From Trichlorobacter lovleyi SZ (GTDB lineage: Bacteria; Desulfobacterota; Desulfuromonadia; Geobacterales; Pseudopelobacteraceae), in assembly GCF_000020385.1 (NCBI RefSeq), contig NC_010814.1:450001-482000 (forward strand): a stretch of 32,000 nt of DNA. Reading direction: 5' to 3'. The translations under genes were made by a program, and so were the position numbers. Each line of letters begins with the position of its first letter. The first letter of the stretch is position 1. Of the stretch, positions 18,321 to 24,463 are shown piece after piece. Below the pieces are notes generated by a model. The model was not told the origin of the DNA, made no database searches, and saw only the letters and a list, made by a program, of their open reading frames with translations.

Positions 18321-18525
18321 GCCGATCCCCAATCTGCTGACAGACGCTACGCCGGAAGAGATGAATGCGGATTTTGAGATCATGCAGCGTAACCGTGAGT
18401 GCCGCATGAAGGAACATCCGCCGACAGCACAGCAGATGGCAGTATTTCAACAGCAGTTTAACGAGTTTATTCATCACCGCCGTCGTCCTTTCGAGCCGAT
18501 GGTTGAAACGATGATGAAGCTCTGA
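18310..18525 (+). CDS. 71-aa hypothetical protein, translationally coupled to the NTase gene
   Basis: The ATG at 18310 overlaps the NTase stop by 11 nt, and the stop is 3 nt before the mlaF ATG. MATKPIPNLLTDATPEEMNADFEIMQRNRECRMKEH... has no motif I recognise. Confidence 0.45.
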   Translation: MATKPIPNLLTDATPEEMNADFEIMQRNRECRMKEHPPTAQQMAVFQQQFNEFIHHRRRPFEPMVETMMKL

Positions 18526-18528
18526 CGT

Positions 18529-19284
18529 ATGCACATTGAAGAACAGTGCATACGGATGGAACAGGTCTGCTACACGGTTGGCGGCCGGGTCATCCTGAAC
18601 GACTTCGACATGGAGCTGGAGCGGGGGGTGAATCGCACTATCCTGGGGGTGAGCGGCTCAGGCAAGACCACCATCCTGAAATTGATCCTGGGATTGATTC
18701 ATCCGCAATCGGGCAGAATCAGCATTAACGGCATGGAGATTACCAACAGGCCGGAATCCGCGTACCGTGAACAGCGCAAGAAGATTGCGATTGTGTTTCA
18801 GGGAGGGGCGCTGTTTGACTCCATGACCGTGGGAGAGAATGTGGGCTATCGTCTGTTTGAAGAGGGGCGGCTATCCCAGGCAGAGGTTGAAGAGATTGTT
18901 CGGGAGAAACTGCGCTTTGTGGGGGTGGAACCGGCCCTTGATCTGTATCCGGCAGAACTGTCCGGCGGCATGAAGAAGCGGGTGGCCATTGCCCGGGCAC
19001 TGGCAGCCGACCCTGAGTACATCTTTTTTGATGAGCCCACCACCGGCCTTGACCCGATCGGGGTCTACAATATCGTCTCCCTGATGAACCGGTTGCAGGA
19101 GGCGGGCAAGACCACCCTGATGGTGACCCATGACCTGCCCACGGCCTTTGCCACGTCGCAGCGTTTTTCCCTGATCCATGAATCCAGGCTGGTATTTGAA
19201 GGAACTGAAGCAGAGCTACGGGACTGTCCACTGGCCAATGTGCAGGAGTTTTTGCAGCCGACGGACAGGTCGCTGTTTGTGTAA
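18529..19284 (+). CDS. mlaF: MlaF-family ABC transporter ATP-binding protein
   Basis: Walker A GVSGSGKTT, signature LSGGMKKRVAIARAL, Walker B IFFDEPTTGLD, H-loop VTHD. Confidence 0.92.
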   Translation: MHIEEQCIRMEQVCYTVGGRVILNDFDMELERGVNRTILGVSGSGKTTILKLILGLIHPQSGRISINGMEITNRPESAYREQRKKIAIVFQGGALFDSMTVGENVGYRLFEEGRLSQAEVEEIVREKLRFVGVEPALDLYPAELSGGMKKRVAIARALAADPEYIFFDEPTTGLDPIGVYNIVSLMNRLQEAGKTTLMVTHDLPTAFATSQRFSLIHESRLVFEGTEAELRDCPLANVQEFLQPTDRSLFV

Positions 19285-19424
19285 TTCCGATGGCACTTCA
19301 AGGTGCTCTCTTTCGTTGGCTCATCTTTGGCTCCCCAACGTACTGCGTGTACGCCTGTGTTGCCAAACTCCTTGCCGCCTGGATAGCATCCCTGAATTGG
19401 CATCGGAATAAAGGGGCTGCTACC

Positions 19425-19790
19425 GTGAAGTTCATTCCATTGCTTTTTCTTGTGTTGCTGGTTGCGGGCTGCAGCCATGGGCCGCTGCATGAAAAGGACT
19501 ATCAGCGCTGGTGGTGTGAAAAACATGGCGGCGAGCTGGAGCATCGGTTGCCGGATAACACACGGGTTGACTGCCTGACCAAAGAGTATGCGCTTGAGGT
19601 GGAGTATGCCCCGAAGTGGGCCGAATCGATCGGTCAGGCACTGTATTATGGGCAGAGTACCGGACGTAAACCGGCTGTGCTGGTGATTGTGCGGGACAAG
19701 GACGATGAGCGTTTTTTGAAACGGCTGAGGGCGGTGGCCAAAGAACAGGGAATCAAGGTCTGGACGGTGCGCCCCAAGGATCTTGAATAG
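19425..19790 (+). CDS. Small lipoprotein of unknown function between mlaF and mlaD
   Basis: GTG at 19425 with AAGGGG 8 nt upstream. VKFIPLLFLVLLVAGCS has the lipobox LVAGC. The ORF-track ATG at 19290 would put 45 aa in front of the signal peptide. Confidence 0.6.
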   Translation: MKFIPLLFLVLLVAGCSHGPLHEKDYQRWWCEKHGGELEHRLPDNTRVDCLTKEYALEVEYAPKWAESIGQALYYGQSTGRKPAVLVIVRDKDDERFLKRLRAVAKEQGIKVWTVRPKDLE

Positions 19791-19819
19791 CCGGCTGCTG
19801 TGTAAGGAAGGGTACGTCT

Positions 19820-20902
19820 ATGGAACGAAGCAATCAGATCGGCTGGGCCCAGGTACGGGCCGGGGTATTCATTCTGATTACGCTGCTGCTGGCGGCAGGG
19901 GCGATCCTGCTGATGGGGCAGAAGACCAAGCTGTTTATACCCACCAGCACCATCCGCATCACCATGAAGAACGTGATGGGGTTGAAGGAGGGGGCACCGG
20001 TCTGGCTGGCAGGGGTTGATGTGGGGGTGGTGCAACAGATCCGCTTTGAGAACCCTCGCGACACCAATGAAGTGCTGATTGTTGCCGAGGTTGATTCCAA
20101 GGCCCACAAGAAGATCGGACCGGATTCGATCATCACCATCAAGACCCGTGGCCTGATGGGGGAAAAGTATGTCGATATCCTGCCGTCTGCCAGCTATTAT
20201 GACCGCCCGGTCAGCCGCTTTAACGGCAAGGCCGTGCATACTCTGGATGACGTGGCCCAGAAGGCCGGTGTCACCTTTGAAAAACTGAACAGTATCGTGG
20301 ATAATGTGCAATCCGGCAAAGGAACACTGGGGCTGCTGGCGACCGATACCAAGCTGTATATCAATGCGGTACAACTCTCCAGTGAGCTGAATACCCTGGC
20401 CGGCAACATCAACCGCGGGCAGGGCACCCTGGGTAAGCTGGCCCGCAGCGGAGAGCCGTACGACAAGCTGATGCAGATCCTGAGCCGGGCTGACAAGACC
20501 CTGCAGGATATCCAGACCGCGGATGGCAGCCTGAACCGCCTGATCCATGACAAGGCCCTCTATACCAAGCTGGTCAGTCTGGCAGAGAAGAGCAACCAGG
20601 CCGCTGATGATGTGCGGGAGCTGAACCGCAGGTTGACCTCAAAGGACACTACGCTGGGGATGCTGCTGAGCGACAGGGAGCTGTATGACAAGGGGCTGTC
20701 GCTGATCACCCGGGCTGATAACTCCATGAAGGATCTGGAAAGTGCCGCGGCCCGGATCAAGGCCGGCGAAGGCACGGCAGGGAAGCTGATCAATGAAAAA
20801 GAGCTATACGAGAAACTGAACCGTGCCGTGGACAATATGGATGCCCTGATGGTGGACATCAGGAAGAACCCGGGCCGGTATGTCAAGCTGTCACTGTTTT
20901 AG
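19820..20902 (+). CDS. mlaD: MlaD/MCE-family protein with an N-terminal TM anchor, MCE domain and a long repeat-containing C-terminal extension
   Basis: N-terminal AQVRAGVFILITLLLAAGAILLMG anchor, then an MCE-like LKEGAPVWLAGVDVGVV...IKTRGLMGEKYVDI. Five G(T/S)LGxL...LYxKL repeats follow. Confidence 0.88.
   Translation: MERSNQIGWAQVRAGVFILITLLLAAGAILLMGQKTKLFIPTSTIRITMKNVMGLKEGAPVWLAGVDVGVVQQIRFENPRDTNEVLIVAEVDSKAHKKIGPDSIITIKTRGLMGEKYVDILPSASYYDRPVSRFNGKAVHTLDDVAQKAGVTFEKLNSIVDNVQSGKGTLGLLATDTKLYINAVQLSSELNTLAGNINRGQGTLGKLARSGEPYDKLMQILSRADKTLQDIQTADGSLNRLIHDKALYTKLVSLAEKSNQAADDVRELNRRLTSKDTTLGMLLSDRELYDKGLSLITRADNSMKDLESAAARIKAGEGTAGKLINEKELYEKLNRAVDNMDALMVDIRKNPGRYVKLSLF
20309..20860 (+). 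repeat. Five tandem protein repeats of about 35-40 aa in the MlaD C-terminal region
   Basis: GKGTLGLLATDTKLY / GQGTLGKLARSGEPYDKL / DGSLNRLIHDKALYTKL / DTTLGMLLSDRELYDKG / EGTAGKLINEKELYEKL. Confidence 0.7.
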
Positions 20903-20918
20903 AAAGGGATACTGAACC

Positions 20919-22424
20919 ATGATGCAGCGTGTTGTCAAAACCATTGCCGGTCTGTTCCTGCTCCTGTTCATCGCCGCCCAGGCGGGGGCTGCCAACCTTG
21001 AGGACAAGGTGGTGGAACATACCTTTAAGAACGGTCTGAAGCTGTTGATGGTGGAACGCCACAGCTCACCCACGGTCTCGGCCTGGATCCGTTTCAAGGT
21101 GGGGAGTGTCCACGAGCGCAGTGATGAACGGGGGATTGCCCACCTGCTGGAGCATATGCTGTTCAAGGGGACCAGGACCCTGGGCACCAGGGATTACGCG
21201 GCCGAGGCCCCGTTGCTGGAAAAGATTGAAGAGACGGCCCAGCGGATGCTGGCTGAAGAGGCCAAGGGGAGCGGAGCTGACAAGGCGACGCTTGCCAGCC
21301 TGCGGGCCGAACTGGCCAGGCTTGAAAAACAGGCGGAGCAGTATGTGATCAAGGATGAATTCTTTGACCTCTATGCCCGCAACGGCGGTTCCGGCTACAA
21401 CGCCTTTACCAGCCGGGACGGCACCACCTACCTGATATCCCTGCCTGCCAACAAGCTGGAACTGTGGGCAGCCATCGAGTCCGACCGGATGAAGAACCCG
21501 GTGCTGCGGGAGTTTTATACCGAGCGTTCGGTGGTGATGGAGGAACGGCGGCGTTCCTATGATGCCGAGCCATCGTCCAAGTTGTGGGAGACCTTTGTGG
21601 CCGCCGCCTACCAGACCCATCCCTATGGCCAGCCCACCATCGGCTGGAGTTCGGATATCAGGCAGCTTTCCCGCACCAAGGCCGAGTCGTTCCTGAAACG
21701 CTACTACGCCCCCAACAATGCCATTGTGGCGGTGGTGGGGGATATCAGGCCTGCTGATACGATTGCGCTGGTGGAGCGCTATTTCGGCGATATCCCCCCC
21801 GGGACTCCGGTGCCGGAGGTGGCGGCACAGGAGGAGCAGCAGCAGGGCGAACGGCGGGTTGAGGTGCTGGGCGATGCCGAGCCGGAACTGATAATCGGTT
21901 TTCACAAGACCGCGCTGGGGGCCCCAGATGACGAGGTGTTCGACCTGGTCGCGTCAGTCCTGGGGCAGGGCCGCACCTCACGGCTCTACCGCTCGCTGGT
22001 GCTGGAAAAACAGCTGGCAACCCAAGTTTCGGTCTTTGATGCGCCGGGTAACCGCTACCCTAACCTGTTTGTGCTGTATGCCTCGCCCCGCGCCCCCCAC
22101 ACCGCTGCTGAGGTTGAACAGGCCTTGTTGGCCGAGCTGGAACGGCTGAAAAAGGAACCGGTGAGTCAGCAGGAACTGCAGCAGGTACTGAATCAGCTTG
22201 AGTTTGAAGAGGCTCGCCGGATGGGAACCAATGGCGGTCTGGCCCGTAATCTGACCGAGTATGAGGCCATCGCCGGCAGCTGGCGTTACCTGACCACCTA
22301 CCGTGCCAAGCTGACAAAGATCACCCCGGCTGATATTCAACGGGTGGCACGCCAGTATTTTACCCGCGAAAACAGGATTGTGGGTACCCTTGTCACGAAA
22401 AAACCGGGAGGTGCCCAGAAATGA
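20919..22424 (+). CDS. M16-family zinc peptidase (insulinase/pitrilysin-like), catalytically competent subunit, secreted
   Basis: Signal peptide MMQRVVKTIAGLFLLLFIAAQAGA and the inverted zinc motif HLLEHMLFKG (HxxEH). Confidence 0.9.
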   Translation: MMQRVVKTIAGLFLLLFIAAQAGAANLEDKVVEHTFKNGLKLLMVERHSSPTVSAWIRFKVGSVHERSDERGIAHLLEHMLFKGTRTLGTRDYAAEAPLLEKIEETAQRMLAEEAKGSGADKATLASLRAELARLEKQAEQYVIKDEFFDLYARNGGSGYNAFTSRDGTTYLISLPANKLELWAAIESDRMKNPVLREFYTERSVVMEERRRSYDAEPSSKLWETFVAAAYQTHPYGQPTIGWSSDIRQLSRTKAESFLKRYYAPNNAIVAVVGDIRPADTIALVERYFGDIPPGTPVPEVAAQEEQQQGERRVEVLGDAEPELIIGFHKTALGAPDDEVFDLVASVLGQGRTSRLYRSLVLEKQLATQVSVFDAPGNRYPNLFVLYASPRAPHTAAEVEQALLAELERLKKEPVSQQELQQVLNQLEFEEARRMGTNGGLARNLTEYEAIAGSWRYLTTYRAKLTKITPADIQRVARQYFTRENRIVGTLVTKKPGGAQK

Positions 22425-23836
22425 AGCTCCGTGTTCTCCTTGTCGGGCTGATCAGCATCTTCTGCCTCTCTGCAGCCTCTGCCGCAGAGTTGGCCAATCC
22501 CCGCAACATGACCTTCCCGGCCTTGAGCTTTAGCATTCCCAAGGCGGAGCGGGTGTTGTTGCAGAACGGTATGCCGGTGTATCTGCTGCAGGATCACGAA
22601 CTGCCGATGGTGACAATCTCTGCCCTGATCCATACCGGCTCGGTGTATGATCCAACAGGTAAAAGCGGCTTGGCAGCCCTGACCGGCTCCCAGCTGCGCG
22701 GTGGCGGCACCAAAGACCTTGCGCCGGCCGCCCTGGATGCTGAGCTTGAGTTCATGGCCTCTTCCGTGGAGAGTTCCTTTGGCAGTGATCTGGGAACGGT
22801 CTCCCTGACCAGCCTGACAAAAAATCTTGATCGCACCCTGCAACTGTTCAGTGACGTCCTGTTCCGGCCGCGCTTTGATGAAAAACGGCTGGAGGTGGCC
22901 AGACGGCAGGCGCTTGAGATGATCCGGCGTCAGAATGATGATCCCAAGGAGCTGGGGGACAGGGAGCTGCAAAAGGCGCTCTATGCAGGGCATCCGCTGG
23001 GGGTGATCCCTGCTGCTGCCACCGTGGCCGCTGTCAAGCGCAGTGACTTGCAGGCGTTTCATCAGCGCTTTGTCCGGCCGGACAACATGATCCTGACCGT
23101 TGCCGGTGATTTTGACCGGTCGCGCATGCTGGCTGCGCTGAATCGGCTGATTGGACAGATCAAACCGGAGGGGCGCTTGCAGCTGCCTGATATTCCGCAG
23201 GTGAAGCTGCGGTTTGAGCCGGCTGTGTTGTATGCCCCCAAGCAGGTCAATCAGTCCGTGATCAGGCTGGGCCACCTGGGTATCACCAAGGATGACCCTG
23301 ACCTGTACGCCATTCGGGTGCTGGATTTTATCCTGGGTGGCAGTTTTACCTCGCGCTTGATGATGGAGATCCGTACCAATCAGGGACTGGCCTATAACGT
23401 GGGTAGTCATTTTGATGTGGGACGGCACTTTATTGGCAGCTTTACGGCAGAGACCGAGACCAAGGCCGAGGCAACGGCGAAAACGATCGGTCTGATGAGC
23501 TCAATCATCGCAGCGATCCGCACGGAGCCGGTGAGTGAGCAGGAGCTGAAGCTGGCCAAGGACTCGATTATCAACTCGTTTTTGTTCGGTTTTACCACTC
23601 CGGCCTCCATTGTTGTTCAACAGGCCCGGCTGGAGTTTTACGGGTATCAGCCGGACTATCTGGAACGCTACCGGGAGCGGATCGCTGCGGTGACCCGTGA
23701 AGACCTGCTGCAGGCAGCAAAGAAGCATCTGCATCCCGAGGCCTTCAAGCTGGTGGTGGTGGGTGATCAGAAGAGGTTTGACAAGCCGCTGTCAAGCTTT
23801 GGTACGGTTACGACCCTTGATCTGAAATCGGAATAA
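22421..23836 (+). CDS. M16-family peptidase paralogue lacking HxxEH (non-catalytic partner subunit), secreted
   Basis: The ATGA overlap with the upstream gene indicates coupling. Signal peptide MKLRVLLVGLISIFCLSAASA. The HxxEH position reads GLAALTGSQL. The family fold is recognisable (VYLLQDHELPMVTISALI...). Confidence 0.85.
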   Translation: MKLRVLLVGLISIFCLSAASAAELANPRNMTFPALSFSIPKAERVLLQNGMPVYLLQDHELPMVTISALIHTGSVYDPTGKSGLAALTGSQLRGGGTKDLAPAALDAELEFMASSVESSFGSDLGTVSLTSLTKNLDRTLQLFSDVLFRPRFDEKRLEVARRQALEMIRRQNDDPKELGDRELQKALYAGHPLGVIPAAATVAAVKRSDLQAFHQRFVRPDNMILTVAGDFDRSRMLAALNRLIGQIKPEGRLQLPDIPQVKLRFEPAVLYAPKQVNQSVIRLGHLGITKDDPDLYAIRVLDFILGGSFTSRLMMEIRTNQGLAYNVGSHFDVGRHFIGSFTAETETKAEATAKTIGLMSSIIAAIRTEPVSEQELKLAKDSIINSFLFGFTTPASIVVQQARLEFYGYQPDYLERYRERIAAVTREDLLQAAKKHLHPEAFKLVVVGDQKRFDKPLSSFGTVTTLDLKSE

Positions 23837-23842
23837 CTGCTT

Positions 23843-23890
23843 GCTGTTTGCGCCGTATCGCTGCGTTTCCCGCGTGCAACAGCTTTTTTA
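23843..23890 (+). terminator. Weak candidate terminator after the M16 pair
   Basis: Imperfect stem GCTGTTTGC(23843-23851)/GCAACAGC(23876-23883) with a large loop, followed by T6 (23884-23889). Confidence 0.35.
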
Positions 23891-23894
23891 GGTT

Positions 23895-23921
23895 TAAGAT
23901 TTTTGGCAGGGTTGCCGAAAG
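23895..23921 (+). promoter_or_regulatory. Sigma28 (FliA)-type promoter upstream of flgM
   Basis: TAAGATTT (23895-23902), N11, GCCGAAAG (23914-23921) versus consensus TAAAGTTT-N11-GCCGATAA: 6/8 and 6/8 matches with exact spacing. GGAGG at 23932-23936, ATG at 23944. Confidence 0.6.
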
Positions 23922-23943
23922 GATAATTAATGGAGGTCTTGCC

Positions 23944-24225
23944 ATGCGAATAGACAGCGCAACTACAGCAATTTTTGGTGCCCAGCCGGTCATGAAGACG
24001 GCAAAAAGTGAGGCCAGCCGGTCGGTACAATCAACCGCTGCGGTGCAAAGCCCGTTCAGCGTTCAGTTGACCAATATGGTTGAGAAGCTCTCCAGTGTTC
24101 AACCATCCAGCGGCGAGATCCGCCCCGAGAAGGTGCAGGATATCAGCCAGCAGCTGGCCAGTGGCAGTTACAATATCAGCGGCCAGGATGTGGCTGAAAA
24201 GATGTTAATGGCCCTCACGTCCTGA
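23944..24225 (+). CDS. flgM: Anti-sigma-28 factor FlgM
   Basis: 93 aa, MRIDS... The C-terminal EKVQDISQQLASGSYNISGQDVAEKMLMAL matches the FlgM signature KVxxIKxxIxxGxYxVDxxxIAxKML. The ORF-track start at 23848 is upstream of the SD and promoter. Confidence 0.8.
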   Translation: MRIDSATTAIFGAQPVMKTAKSEASRSVQSTAAVQSPFSVQLTNMVEKLSSVQPSSGEIRPEKVQDISQQLASGSYNISGQDVAEKMLMALTS

Positions 24226-24248
24226 TTAAATAGCCGCAAGCCCTGAAT

Positions 24249-24290
24249 AAAGAAGGCCCTGCCGGGTAACCGGCAGGGCCTTCTTTGTGT
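24249..24290 (+). terminator. Rho-independent terminator after flgM
   Basis: 16-bp stem AAGAAGGCCCTGCCGG/CCGGCAGGGCCTTCTT with a GTAA loop (24249-24285), followed by TGTGTTT. Confidence 0.85.
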
Positions 24291-24400
24291 TTCGGCACCC
24301 ACGCACGGACAGTGCCTTCCGGGTACTTCTTCGCACGGGTATTCTGCAACTGCCCTTTGATTCAAAACATGCCGGCTACTGCTACAGGATAAATGAAGGC

Positions 24401-24430
24401 TTGACAAAAAACAGGCGCCGTAGCATCAAT
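24401..24430 (+). promoter_or_regulatory. Candidate sigma70 promoter for the heptad-repeat protein operon
   Basis: Perfect TTGACA (24401-24406). After 17-18 nt come CATCAA/ATCAAT (24424-24430), running into a pure A/T tract. Confidence 0.4.
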
Positions 24431-24452
24431 ATATATAAATATATAAATATAT
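24428..24452 (+). repeat. 25-nt pure A/T tract with a tandem ATATAAAT octamer just upstream of the SD/start
   Basis: aatatatataaatatataaatatat; ATATAAAT sits at 24433-24440 and 24441-24448. This is exceptional in an otherwise GC-rich window. Confidence 0.8.
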
Positions 24453-24463
24453 GGGTGGTGCCT

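Noticed and set aside
17905-18534. 209-aa minus-strand ORF across the NTase cassette
   Set aside because: It is antisense to the NTase gene and orf71, and its product is rich in C/H/Q/R/S with no motif. The plus-strand genes show SD sites, overlap coupling and an NTase signature. Because the cassette is unusual, this strand assignment should still be confirmed by RNA-seq.
19646-20548. 300-aa minus-strand ORF
   Set aside because: It is antisense to mlaD and the lipoprotein gene. Its composition (G/Q/H/D/L) is typical of a shadow frame, and the MCE domain and repeats on the plus strand are convincing.
21066-23428. 279-aa and 363-aa minus-strand ORFs (21066..21905 and 22337..23428)
   Set aside because: They are antisense to the two M16 peptidase genes and have no motifs or translation signals.
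23903-23916. TGGCAG...TTGCC upstream of flgM considered as a sigma54 promoter
   Set aside because: The GG-to-GC spacing is 9 nt instead of 12. The same region fits a sigma28 promoter much better.
24293-24345. ACGCACGG... segment considered as a GEMM-type cyclic-dinucleotide riboswitch, which is common in Geobacter
   Set aside because: Only the short ACGCAC string matches. The conserved GGGCAAAC / GACGCAAAGCC elements and the two-hairpin architecture are absent, and the segment lies upstream of the best promoter.
24287-24463. N-terminal extension of heptad protein A given by the ORF track (start 24287)
   Set aside because: The extension runs through the flgM terminator tail, the TTGACA promoter and the pure A/T tract. 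It would place 59 aa in front of an otherwise canonical signal peptide, so ATG 24464 is preferred.
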